IMG/VR virus record: IMGVR_UViG_3300023202_000383
Coordinates: 186,001 to 250,000 of that record
Length of the DNA stretch: 64,000 nucleotides
Reading direction: 5' to 3' (one strand)
The position numbers and the translations under genes are program-made. The notes below the pieces were generated by a model. The model worked only from the letters and a program-made list of their open reading frames with translations. It did no database searches and was not told where the DNA came from. This document shows positions 25,801 through 34,632 of the stretch, piece by piece (position 1 is the stretch's first letter; every line of letters begins with the position of its first letter).

Positions 25801-27206
25801 GACTGTTAGACTCTGGCTTTAATCCATTTTTCGATCAGAATCTAGGCCATCCGTCCATAGAATTAGAATCAGCCATCGATTCTGTGTGCGTAATTGAGAC
25901 AACCGATCGTCCGATATTTAATTCAGCTGGCGTGTGCTCTTCTGGCGATATTAGCGATTACTCTGATGGCTATCCGGCAGTAAGTGGCTACCTGATGACT
26001 GATTTGGATGATCAGGAATATTTCCCTGGCCTTAGTGACAAAGCCGCAGCTTGTTTAGAGAAGCTACTAGAAATTCCGGAAGAAATGGGCACTGGCTCTG
26101 ATATACTGTTCTTACTGTCATCGCACATATTTGTAAATGATGGCGACGCTAGGTTTGGATTTTATAGACCATTCAGATTAGATTGTGGGTGCTTAACAAT
26201 TGCGCCCGAATGTGATGAAGGCACTGGTGACTGCTTTGGTATTACCGTTCCTGATGACTGTCTTGGCGGAGCAGACTTTGACCAGGTAGAATTTGTAAAC
26301 GATAGAATGGCCCTTGAGGAGAATTTTGGTGCTAGGGATATATGCTTAGACGATCCAAATAGTAGCCTGTTCGAATTAAGACAATTACTAGACGGTACTG
26401 TGTCTCCTCGTGGAACACGAGGCGATGAGCCATTTCCACCGAACGGATCTTTTTCATTTAAAGACACATGGGGTACAATATTCGACGTCGAGTGGTCTAC
26501 TACCGGAAACATATTTGAAATATCAATAACCACTAAGGAGCCTAGAATATGGGGCGAATCTTCACTAGATGGTGAAGTTGACAGTGGGACTGTGTTTAGA
26601 AGGGGAATAAGAACAACTGTTGTTCAGAGATACAGAATCGTGGGGGACGAGTACGTGCTAATAGCGCATTCTTCGACTGCGCCGCCGCCTGTTCGAGGCG
26701 TGCCTGTAAGCTCAGATGTCGATCAAGACGTGATACAGTCTATAGATCTATTTGCACATTCCGGCAGAAATATATCATTCATTAATCCGTTCTTATTTAA
26801 CTTAGACTTTAGGATGCAAGATTGCTTCGGTGGACTCTCTATTCCTCTACATGAAGTTGATGAAGGACCGGCTTGGTCTGATGCAGACGACGACACAGAT
26901 GGATTTATATGGGCCGAACCGTGTGGGCTTGGTGGAACTGAACCTGGCGCACCTATAGGTGATTCTGATGTTACTGGGTTTGGATCTCTCGGCCCCATGT
27001 GCTGGTTGGATATATGGACCGAAGACGAAGAATGCGAATGTGCAATTATACCATCAAGTTCTAGCAGTGCAAGCAGCTCTAGCAGCTCTACTTCTAGTGC
27101 TAGCAGTTCGTCTAGTTCTGGTAGCAGCTCATCAGAATTTGATGTATGCGTGGAAATATTTGGGTCGTCAAGCTCTAGTGGGTCGTCGTCCAGTAGCTCG
27201 GCATAG
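22893..27206 (+). CDS. Large baseplate wedge-like virion protein with C-terminal poly-Ser tracts
   Basis: P2 gpI-like segment LIPHLGALLGW...RRAFLRN.VRFQKLKGT...RELFDLFG; Cys/Asp-rich; ends SSSSSASSSSSSTSS... Confidence 0.7.
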   Translation: MAELKDFHNPSFVAWPLFTDRTAYKPFGQPVILVVPHVRDEEGRKFANSLPRRVSVCIEEGPDRCPVVQNPGVFSPDLDIFTVDLNERQLLDRKIDLNTVQYINSDGDLLPSGTQCDQADIDNNECRFRYTTRTGLVDDILFLSHADYFDLSDILLPTDSLPPGLYNLVYKVDFNVRKVNEDTDTFVCVDPDNFRIIRSTFLFNHPGDVLLQMVNGTPALYFTGESRSDDELIEFYRPFSDILQDIHDEQRFIEGINHVFDVQFNLIPHLGALLGWDIPYFPRSADSLRRAFLRNTVRFQKLKGTNRVVRELFDLFGFTIDITNLFWSADGSSYVGPGDSTKPEFIIEKKQVITTEPVLTEYDQDGFGNLNVPLLRRPAEDSITVRSFLVEEGSAADEELKKITGALSDDIDKFNDELRSDGCGNSPAQSIPTTFIPVTIPDDVSTAVDSLDDVADLDGVAGDSTIFIGEDGKASSIRTSNLSTAPVSLTNIRFDSNTNTLCLGFARYLDFSATGTVLYILVTYGFNDIRPPEQMENLQSNRFDIDIVFKNGQLPDSELLEFLIDMLFKVKAFHSLLRVIGISFDDETIETYNVNDLCVGGDFLQRCDTDAGQLQVPQEAIIPEECILSSDDPCFTILEETYGFREQDFTYRDRVLRGLEQEFNAYKALDPRNCRFTPTGQDRTKEDITQEVEIEDGKNTYFTPQRESLCDLDGDDFCYSGRVADQLIFQPTIPFVEVSRFKKCRLNLGVGVYYTYPAPDCGVKVPGLHSRGRSLLGNTQITTHGATRIFGKFDSTDPPRSLLYSERGDPRFDNLLGNLTRSYDGLIPQESRSLHFSDALYLENSVFANRHLAIQRFPLDVEKDNLAFAQHRLPTLGNLESDFTHSSYKLKPHDDELECACEIRFPNSLDAEITIGTDGDEYLSYDDESFAIEANGLPADISSLGTHDTSTFINADDVTHKVYLQHDNAGLLDSGFNPFFDQNLGHPSIELESAIDSVCVIETTDRPIFNSAGVCSSGDISDYSDGYPAVSGYLMTDLDDQEYFPGLSDKAAACLEKLLEIPEEMGTGSDILFLLSSHIFVNDGDARFGFYRPFRLDCGCLTIAPECDEGTGDCFGITVPDDCLGGADFDQVEFVNDRMALEENFGARDICLDDPNSSLFELRQLLDGTVSPRGTRGDEPFPPNGSFSFKDTWGTIFDVEWSTTGNIFEISITTKEPRIWGESSLDGEVDSGTVFRRGIRTTVVQRYRIVGDEYVLIAHSSTAPPPVRGVPVSSDVDQDVIQSIDLFAHSGRNISFINPFLFNLDFRMQDCFGGLSIPLHEVDEGPAWSDADDDTDGFIWAEPCGLGGTEPGAPIGDSDVTGFGSLGPMCWLDIWTEDEECECAIIPSSSSSASSSSSSTSSASSSSSSGSSSSEFDVCVEIFGSSSSSGSSSSSSA
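27054..27203 (+). repeat. Poly-serine low-complexity coding tract
   Basis: Two Ser runs separated by EFDVCVEIFG, encoded by mixed TCN/AGY codons. Confidence 0.9.
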
Positions 27207-27256
27207 TTACGGTAAATATACTTAAGATAAGTATTGTATACTAACAGGAGGTCTGA

Positions 27257-28537
27257 ATGACGCTTCCAGACAATAGAATTAGATACCCGGCTGGACTGGT
27301 TGATTTTGCTGGGGAAGTTGGTCTTACTGGGCAAGACCATGATAGTTATCCTCTGCAAAATACACAAGCTCGATTTGACTGGATGCGGCTAACCCTAATA
27401 GGTTTGTTGAGCAATCAGTCTTCTGTGGGTGATGAGCCAACACAATTCAGGCAAGGCACTACGTGGTTTGATCTTGATGGTGGGCCAGATGGTGCTATGA
27501 AAGTCCGGATAAGGGAAGGGTCGGACGGTACCTGGACAACTCTTGCAGATGTAATACTTCTTGAAACAGTTGACGGCACTGTATTCACTTTAAGCGAATT
27601 CTTTCAGCAAGTTGCATTAGAGAATGGTATTGGTGATGCTACCTTAGTCGAAGCCGACCCAAACTCTCCGCAGCTATCGGTGACATTTAATTCCGGTACT
27701 GGTCAATTTATTATCTCTTTCGACCAAACGGAAGTAGATCATAAATTTATTAAAAATTCCGGAACGAAAACGCATGCCCAGATAGATTCCCATATTGATA
27801 GCACTAGCAACCCGCACGGGGTCACAGCGACCCAAGTTGGCAAGGATACTGCACAATGGAATGCTAACAGGATTCTTGGTAATACGGTAGCTGGCACGCC
27901 GTTAGATGATGAGGTGTTAAGATATGATAATTCTTCTAGCCAATGGATCCCTGGTAAGATAAATAATGATAATATAGAATCTGGTAGCATAACTGGAGAC
28001 AACATAGCGTCTGGTACAATCGAGAACGAAAATCTCGCACCTGGTACAGCAAGACTAAAATTCCAGTTATTAGATGCTATAGAAGGAGCTTTCACCTCTG
28101 GCGAATGGATGGCGGGGTCGGAAGGCGATATGTCCAAGACGTTTGAAATCGTCTTATCCGACATAATTAGTGCGGGCGGAGGTAGTGGTTCTGGATTTGC
28201 GTTTTCTGATATTTCGATGTTCTGGGTAGATATCGAGTTTGACATAAGTACTGGAGGCGTATTGCCAGCCAGTTGCCAACTTCGTCAATTCAGCGATTCG
28301 GTTGTTGTTGGCAGCGGTGGTTCCGGGACTGGCGGAGGCCCTGTTCTTGAGAGCTTTGACACTATTTATGAGATAGGATCGACTGCTGGTACTGCACCAG
28401 ATTCTATTACAAAATTCAGAACAACTATATTGGTTCCAAGGATTGAGAACAGCAGATTAAGATTCCAACTGTACTCAGACGACGCGAACTTTTCGGAACT
28501 CAAGTTCGCTGTGGTCGGAATAATGTCATACTTCTAA
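27257..28537 (+). CDS. Virion structural / tail-fibre-like protein
   Basis: THAQIDSHIDSTSNPHGVTATQVGKDTAQWNA module shared with 680..2359; ITGDNIASGTI repeats; AGGAGG RBS. Confidence 0.65.
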   Translation: MTLPDNRIRYPAGLVDFAGEVGLTGQDHDSYPLQNTQARFDWMRLTLIGLLSNQSSVGDEPTQFRQGTTWFDLDGGPDGAMKVRIREGSDGTWTTLADVILLETVDGTVFTLSEFFQQVALENGIGDATLVEADPNSPQLSVTFNSGTGQFIISFDQTEVDHKFIKNSGTKTHAQIDSHIDSTSNPHGVTATQVGKDTAQWNANRILGNTVAGTPLDDEVLRYDNSSSQWIPGKINNDNIESGSITGDNIASGTIENENLAPGTARLKFQLLDAIEGAFTSGEWMAGSEGDMSKTFEIVLSDIISAGGGSGSGFAFSDISMFWVDIEFDISTGGVLPASCQLRQFSDSVVVGSGGSGTGGGPVLESFDTIYEIGSTAGTAPDSITKFRTTILVPRIENSRLRFQLYSDDANFSELKFAVVGIMSYF

Positions 28538-28923
28538 TGGTTACTGCAGAACAGTTAGCCGAAATTATAGAGGAGATAGATCCATCCGCTAGAGAATGGG
28601 TCTATAACAGATATTGTAGGCATTGCGGTAGATATTTATACTCTGATTCTGAATGCAACAAATGTGGTTCGCCAGCAGTCGATCCAGTGACTAGACCGTT
28701 GCCATTTCAAACATCTGCTACTGCCATTGAAAAATTAGTTGTATGGGCTAAGAAGATGGCTAAAAATGATGTTGATGCTGAGATTATACATAATATAAAA
28801 TCTATCGTATATAAGTGGTACGATGTCGATGATGGTTCGTTTTCTAAGGATCCGAAAAAACATCATCAAGACATAATTGAATCAGTATATGACCACTTGA
28901 ACCAGCATGATAGAACAAGTTAG
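28537..28923 (+). CDS. Zinc-ribbon protein
   Basis: CRHCG...CNKCG. Confidence 0.65.
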   Translation: MVTAEQLAEIIEEIDPSAREWVYNRYCRHCGRYLYSDSECNKCGSPAVDPVTRPLPFQTSATAIEKLVVWAKKMAKNDVDAEIIHNIKSIVYKWYDVDDGSFSKDPKKHHQDIIESVYDHLNQHDRTS

Positions 28924-30730
28924 AATCTTAAGGGCCGGACCCAACAAGCATACTAAACAGGTATCTGCGAGGCGCGAGTGGGTTCCTGATGTATCAATAA
29001 TAACGTCAGTATATAATGGCGATCAATTTATTAAGCAGTTTCTCGATGATATTATAAGACAAAGCATTTTTAATAAATGCGAACTTATAATGCTGAATTG
29101 CAACTCTCCAGGCTATGAAGACGCAATCATTAGGCATTATGCAAAAGAGCATAAGAATATTATATATAAGAAATTAGACCATGATCCAGGCATATACAAC
29201 GCTTGGATCATGGGTATAAAAATGGCTAGGGGTAGATATATCACAAATGCTAATCTCGACGACAGGAAGCACCCCCAGAATCTTGAAATCCTTAGGGATG
29301 AACTAGATAACAACCCATCATATGATATTGTATGCGGTTTGACAAAGACTACGCCAATACCAAATGAGATGTGGGAGGATGTAAAATCCAACATAGTATG
29401 GTGGAGAGATGCACCTAATAACATAACAGTTGACTCATTGTTCAGAAAAGAAGACGGAGACATCGTTGGCAACAATGTTATACATTGCATGCCGATGTGG
29501 AGGAAGAAATTACATGCCAAATTTGGATATTTCGAAGAGTCGGAATACGGCACATTCTCTGATTGGGCTTTTTGGCTAAAATGTCTTTCTGGTGGTGCGC
29601 GGGCCAGAAAACTTAATCAAGTTATTGGTGTATACTTAGAAGATCCTGCGTCACACGGACATAGGAATTATGATTATAATATAGTCAACAAGATTATAGA
29701 TGAATATTGTATAAAAGGCAGATCGATAGGGTCGAAGATGAAGTCGGTCTATCATATTGAACACCATTATGATAGAAAATTAAATCTTGGGCAAGAAACA
29801 TTAAAACACATATATGGAGAACACCGGTCTGGGTGGTCATATGCCATGAGTAGCCTCGTGTCTCTTCACACTGCAAATGGTGTCGCGCTCGACCCTTTCA
29901 TAGAGAAGAAATTTAACTGGGGAAACAGCCCTGGTGATCTTAGGAACAATCACTCGCCGCACAATTACCCTTGGGTTGGATTTATTCACAACCCACCAAA
30001 TATGCCATGGTGGTTCCAATATGACCAATCGCCGCACGCAATATTTACTATGGAAAGCTGGAAGCAGAGTATGTTGCATTGCAAAGGCTTGTTCTGCTTG
30101 TCTAAATATCACAAAGATTGGCTAGAGACTAAGCTTGATGTGCCGGTGTGCAATCTCTACCATCCAACTGAGTTCCCAGAAGAAAAATTCGATTTAAATA
30201 GATATGCCGCAAATCAAGACAAGAAAATCATTCAAATTGGCTGGTGGCTTAGAAAACTAAATTCTATATATATGCTCCCAACTAAGAAGTTAAAAAGAGC
30301 GGTGTTGATGCCTAACAAACCATATGTGGCTGAACTGTACAGGAAAGAGAGGGCGGTCAATAACCTTAATGTAGATGAGTCCACGGCAGAGAAAATTTCA
30401 TTTGTTCCCAATAAATTATATGACTCACTTTTGGCTAGCAATCTTGTATTCGTTGATCTGTATGACTCAAGTGCTAATAACGCTGTTATTGAATGCATTG
30501 CTAGGAATACTCCAATAGTGGTCAGGCGAGTACCGGCTGTAATCGAATATCTTGGCGAGGGCTATCCACTCTATTTCGATTATTTAGATGACGCAGCTGC
30601 AAAAGCTGAGAATTTCGAATTAGTATCAGAAGCCCATCAATACCTGTGCGACAATCCTATAAAGGAAAAGTTAACTAGAGAGTATTTTCTAGAATCGTTC
30701 GCTGAGTCAGAGATATATAAGTCATTATGA
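28907..30730 (+). CDS. Two-domain glycosyltransferase (GT2 plus second, GT-B-like domain)
   Basis: VSIITSVYNGDQFI, YITNANLDD, SDWAFWLK; C-half PWVGFIHNPP...SANNAVIECIARNTP. Confidence 0.8.
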   Translation: MIEQVRILRAGPNKHTKQVSARREWVPDVSIITSVYNGDQFIKQFLDDIIRQSIFNKCELIMLNCNSPGYEDAIIRHYAKEHKNIIYKKLDHDPGIYNAWIMGIKMARGRYITNANLDDRKHPQNLEILRDELDNNPSYDIVCGLTKTTPIPNEMWEDVKSNIVWWRDAPNNITVDSLFRKEDGDIVGNNVIHCMPMWRKKLHAKFGYFEESEYGTFSDWAFWLKCLSGGARARKLNQVIGVYLEDPASHGHRNYDYNIVNKIIDEYCIKGRSIGSKMKSVYHIEHHYDRKLNLGQETLKHIYGEHRSGWSYAMSSLVSLHTANGVALDPFIEKKFNWGNSPGDLRNNHSPHNYPWVGFIHNPPNMPWWFQYDQSPHAIFTMESWKQSMLHCKGLFCLSKYHKDWLETKLDVPVCNLYHPTEFPEEKFDLNRYAANQDKKIIQIGWWLRKLNSIYMLPTKKLKRAVLMPNKPYVAELYRKERAVNNLNVDESTAEKISFVPNKLYDSLLASNLVFVDLYDSSANNAVIECIARNTPIVVRRVPAVIEYLGEGYPLYFDYLDDAAAKAENFELVSEAHQYLCDNPIKEKLTREYFLESFAESEIYKSL

Positions 30731-31434
30731 AAATAACAGCCATAACTTTGTCAGTTAATTATGGTGATATTTTAAAAATGACTTTGTTGCATATGCTCGA
30801 TCAGTTTGATTCAGTATATGTAGTTACCGACGAGCAGGATCGTTATACTAGGTCTTTAGCGCGTCGTTTAAATGCAAATCTTGTCGAGACCAACATATTT
30901 TATGATGGCGGAGCTAAATTTAATAAATCTAAAGCAATAAATTTAGCATATAGACTGGCAGATGCAAATGAATGGGTCGCACTAATAGATGCAGATATCA
31001 TGCTGCCAGAAAACTTTAGAGATATTGCCAACAATCATATATGCAATATCGACCACTTATACTCAGCACCAAGGGTGGTTTATAATACATATGAAGACCT
31101 GATCAACAATAATTACTCTAAAGACAATCTCGGTAAAAAGACCGGCTGGGGATACTTACAAATATTCCACCCAAAATGCCCAAAAATAAATAAATATCAA
31201 TTATATAATGAGAGATATCACGACGCTAGTAGTGGTGATGTAGAATTTCGATATCAATGGGGCGAAGACGAAATAATAACTTTGCCGATTGTCTTGAAGC
31301 ACTTGGGGCCAGTAAAATCAAACTGGAGTGGTAGGAGGGCACCTGAATTTAGCCCGCCAAAAACATGGAAAGATTCTATTTCAAAGCTTCGGCCTGCATT
31401 GCTTCCACCCTTGCTAGATGCAGATCGTGCTTAG
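30727..31434 (+). CDS. Glycosyltransferase (GT-A fold)
   Basis: [26 protein letters not shown]. Confidence 0.7.
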   Translation: MKITAITLSVNYGDILKMTLLHMLDQFDSVYVVTDEQDRYTRSLARRLNANLVETNIFYDGGAKFNKSKAINLAYRLADANEWVALIDADIMLPENFRDIANNHICNIDHLYSAPRVVYNTYEDLINNNYSKDNLGKKTGWGYLQIFHPKCPKINKYQLYNERYHDASSGDVEFRYQWGEDEIITLPIVLKHLGPVKSNWSGRRAPEFSPPKTWKDSISKLRPALLPPLLDADRA

Positions 31435-32386
31435 TCATATCCTCAATCAATTCTTTGAATCCATATTTTGGCTTCCATCCTAGTTTGTCTTTAGCTTTCG
31501 ATGGATTACCTATTAATCTTTCGACCTCTGTTGGTCTTAGATATCTTTCAGCAGTGTCGACGTGGCTTGTTGGATCAATATCTAAGTAATTGAAAGCTAT
31601 ATCTACAACTTCTTTGACTGAATGGTCCTCGCCTGTAGCTATTACATAATCACCTGGTTCGTCTTGTTGAAGCATCAGCCACATTGCTTCAACATAATCC
31701 CTGCTATGGCCCCAATCCCGCCTAGCATCTAAATTTCCTAGATATAGCTTATTCTGCAGCCCATGTTTTATTCTTCCAGCTGCCCTTGTTATCTTGCGTG
31801 TAACAAATGTTTCTCCACGCCGTGCGCTTTCATGGTTGAATAAAATTCCACAATTTATGTGCATCCCGTAACCTTCTCTATAATTTGTAGCTATATTGTG
31901 AGCATATAATTTAGCAGCAGCATATGGGCTTCTGGGATTAAATGGGGTAGATTCATCAGCTGGTTCTGATAGACTACCATACATTTCGCTACTTGACGCT
32001 TGATAAAATCTTATATCTTTCTTTGTCCTTTCTTTGTACGCCCTTATAGCTTCTAGGAGCTTTAGCGTACCTATACCCACGACCTCGCCAGTATACACAG
32101 GCTGCAAGAAAGATACTTTCACGTGGCTTTGAGCGGCCAGGTTGTATACTTCATCGGGTTCGAGATGGTTTATAAGATTCGAGAGAGACCCAGCGTCGGT
32201 CACATCGCCATAATGCAAATGTAGTCGCTCATGGCCAAATATGTGGTCAATTCTATCTGTGTTGAACGTAGATGCTCTTCTAATTATGCCGTGAACTTCG
32301 TAGTCCTTTTCTAGAAGCAATTCTGCTAGGAAAGACCCATCCTGGCCCGATATCCCACTTATAAGCGCAGTTTTCTGAGGCACCAA
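31376..32386 (-). CDS. gmd: GDP-mannose 4,6-dehydratase
   Basis: [70 protein letters not shown]. Confidence 0.96.
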   Translation of the reverse strand: MVPQKTALISGISGQDGSFLAELLLEKDYEVHGIIRRASTFNTDRIDHIFGHERLHLHYGDVTDAGSLSNLINHLEPDEVYNLAAQSHVKVSFLQPVYTGEVVGIGTLKLLEAIRAYKERTKKDIRFYQASSSEMYGSLSEPADESTPFNPRSPYAAAKLYAHNIATNYREGYGMHINCGILFNHESARRGETFVTRKITRAAGRIKHGLQNKLYLGNLDARRDWGHSRDYVEAMWLMLQQDEPGDYVIATGEDHSVKEVVDIAFNYLDIDPTSHVDTAERYLRPTEVERLIGNPSKAKDKLGWKPKYGFKELIEDMTKHDLHLARVEAMQAEALK

Positions 32387-32401
32387 ATTCTCCTAATTCG
32401 C

Positions 32402-32420
32402 GGTTTCCACGGTGGAAACC
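32402..32420. promoter_or_regulatory. 19-bp perfect odd palindrome GGTTTCCAC-G-GTGGAAACC
   Basis: Lies just upstream of the gmd RBS; second copy at 5993. Confidence 0.55.
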
Positions 32421-32533
32421 AAAATAACAATCTTATTTCTTATTACTCTTGGAGCCTGCGATCAAGCATATTACGCCAAACAGAATAATTAGTGATGATA
32501 TCGCAACGCATGCCAAGATGAACGCTTCGTCAT

Positions 32534-33028
32534 TCACAGCTTACGCATCTTACAATGTTTGATCAAATTGATGTTGTCCGGTGTCGTCAGAAAGGTCCCG
32601 TCTTTATTGACAAAACCTATCATATCTTCTCCGAGGACACTCGGGATCTTGAAAGCTTCTTTGGGATTTGCCACGATTGTGCAATGCTCAAATGATGCAT
32701 CAGACCCGACCGTCAAGCAGCAGCATTTATGCTTGTCAGAACCCCTCGGAGGTCTAGAAGCACTGCTCAGCATAATCAGGTCGACGTTATCGATATCGGT
32801 AGAATGGACCCCGTCTCTGCATTCCCACACGAAGGTCTTTTTATAAAGTGATCTAACGCCTTTTGGCGTCTTGCCGGGTGGATATATCGATACGTTTTCG
32901 AACGGGGTACCAGCAATAACCGCTAATTTAGCTTTTGTCTTTTTCATTTCTTTATATTTTCTCTCGGACATAAACATTTTCTTTTGCGACGTGGCGTGAC
33001 ACAACCGTTCATGGAGCCGATAAGTCAC
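32534..33028 (-). CDS. Hypothetical protein
   Basis: 164 aa ORF; true start probably a later ATG. Confidence 0.55.
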   Translation of the reverse strand: MTYRLHERLCHATSQKKMFMSERKYKEMKKTKAKLAVIAGTPFENVSIYPPGKTPKGVRSLYKKTFVWECRDGVHSTDIDNVDLIMLSSASRPPRGSDKHKCCCLTVGSDASFEHCTIVANPKEAFKIPSVLGEDMIGFVNKDGTFLTTPDNINLIKHCKMRKL

Positions 33029-33331
33029 ATGCTCGCTAGAGTTTTGGTTCTTGAGTTAGAGCTTATGGCATCAGTATATTCTGTCAATGAGAAAGATGGA
33101 GTCGGAATATATACTTCGCATACGACGAGTGTACCAGCTAAAATATGCCGTGTGAGCGACAGCAAATGCGTTGTTTGGTCTTATCATCATAATATATCAA
33201 CACCAATAGAGCAGATGGTGTTTGAATATTCTATAGAGGACCCGTCGTTTGATCCTCAGAAATTGGCTAATGACGTCTGCAAGTTCGCTTTTGAAGCTGC
33301 GTGCATCGGGAAAGGTGTCCGAGAACAGTGA
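32984..33331 (+). CDS. Hypothetical, family A paralogue
   Basis: YSIEDPSFDPQKLANDV; true start probably an ATG after the upstream motif. Confidence 0.65.
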   Translation: MRRGVTQPFMEPISHMLARVLVLELELMASVYSVNEKDGVGIYTSHTTSVPAKICRVSDSKCVVWSYHHNISTPIEQMVFEYSIEDPSFDPQKLANDVCKFAFEAACIGKGVREQ

Positions 33332-33412
33332 GGTTATGATTGCTTTAGTACGTAAAACTTCACGCAGTATAAGGAATCTAACCTATGTTTGAGAGAAATA
33401 ATGGTTTTTCTC

Positions 33413-33430
33413 GCCGCTCGCGGGAGACAC
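33413..33430 (+). promoter_or_regulatory. Recurring GC-rich upstream motif (T-tract-GCCGC-N6-9-GAGACAC/GCGCCAC)
   Basis: Similar copies at 32986, 35590, 39451, 44715, 54492, 59181 and 62435, all near the 5' end of + strand genes. Confidence 0.55.
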
Positions 33431-33472
33431 ACTCCGGTGAACAAACGTCTTTCCCACTAACCGGAGACAATC

Positions 33473-34366
33473 ATGACGAATACGCAGAAGAGAAATCAGC
33501 TCGTTGGGCTGATGACCGAAGGTGCCAATAAGTTCAGTACCTTGGGTTTCATCGCGTGGTGGAACGTACGAGGTGTCGAGGTCACTCGTGACGAGTTGAT
33601 CGAGATGCTCAAGAAGGCCGACCTCGATCCGAAGTATGCTCGTAAGCATAACTATCGCAGCTCCTTTATCCGGGCACTCAAGGCCTTGGAAGAGCAGCGG
33701 ATTATCAGACTGGTTGAGGAGAACCCGACCAGAATGATCTATCAGTTCACCAGCGAAGTCAAGATCGAGGACCCCGATTCGCCGCACTTCCTGTACACTC
33801 CCGAAACCAATGTGGTCGTCGACAAGACCGAGTACTTCGAGTCTCAGGACTTCGAGAAGGCTCTGATTAAGTGCGACGAACAATTTAAGCAGCATCTGGT
33901 CGATCTGTTCAACAAGGAGCGAGAGACGTACCGATCCGCTGATGTGACTCGGTACGTCAAGAGCATCTTCTCTGACAGTGCCGATATTATTCCGCTTCGG
34001 CAGCAGGGTAGCGTCTACTTCGTGCCGTACGTCTTTAAGGATGTGGTCGACAAGGTCCATAGCCTGCTGACTCAACTCGGCAGTTCCCTGGAGTTCGCAC
34101 CGCTTCCCGATGTTGGTTCGAGCCGTTCGATGGTCGGCAATGTCGTGGTCGATATGATCTCTGCCGATCTGGACAAGATCAAGGAAGAGGTCCATGAGAC
34201 TCAGACCCAATCGATCAAACGTGCCGATCGGTGGACCGAGTACCGTAACAACCAGCTGAACGAAATCGAGGCGAGACTCGATTTCTACGCCGATGCGGTC
34301 GACGATGATGTCCTGGAGAACCTCAAGCAGCGCGTTTCGGAAGTTCGCGTTGAATTGAACAGGTAA
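33473..34366 (+). CDS. DUF6744-like protein (recalled family), GC-rich codon usage
   Basis: GFIAWWNV....V..DEL..ML..A.LD...Y.SSFIRAL...GSVYFVP; GGAG RBS. Confidence 0.6.
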   Translation: MTNTQKRNQLVGLMTEGANKFSTLGFIAWWNVRGVEVTRDELIEMLKKADLDPKYARKHNYRSSFIRALKALEEQRIIRLVEENPTRMIYQFTSEVKIEDPDSPHFLYTPETNVVVDKTEYFESQDFEKALIKCDEQFKQHLVDLFNKERETYRSADVTRYVKSIFSDSADIIPLRQQGSVYFVPYVFKDVVDKVHSLLTQLGSSLEFAPLPDVGSSRSMVGNVVVDMISADLDKIKEEVHETQTQSIKRADRWTEYRNNQLNEIEARLDFYADAVDDDVLENLKQRVSEVRVELNR

Positions 34367-34588
34367 CCATGACTGACGAGTAGCTTGAAGGTGCATGCAC
34401 CACCTTCAAAGGGATTGGCGGGTACCTACCGGAGCACCCGCCCTAACGACTTTCCGAACGGTGTGTAAGCACTTAGGCGGAATTAGCGAGCCGACGCAAG
34501 TGTTTGAGGTTAGGAGCCTCACGTCTAAATGACGCGGTGAAATTCCGGAGCTAGTGCATGGGCGGTGGTGGGCGAGACGGACGGGGCG
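34367..34588 (+). ncRNA. Candidate structured non-coding RNA
   Basis: ORF-poor, GC-rich spacer with stems TTGAAGGTG/CACCTTCAA, GGCGGGT/ACCCGCC and AAGCACTT/AAGTGTTT, ending at a terminator. Confidence 0.4.
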
Positions 34589-34622
34589 GACCGGGGCGAG
34601 GAAACTCGCTCCGGTCTTTTTT
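34589..34622 (+). terminator. Rho-independent terminator
   Basis: GACCGGGGCGAG-GAAA-CTCGCTCCGGTC followed by TTTTTT. Confidence 0.85.
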
Positions 34623-34632
34623 GGAGAGAACT

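Noticed and set aside
33383-34396. 337-aa minus-strand ORF
   Set aside because: Antisense shadow of the GC-biased 33473 gene; no motifs or RBS.
34375-34410. CTGACGAG as a hammerhead ribozyme core
   Set aside because: No stem II followed by GAAA and no cleavage triplet in the required arrangement.
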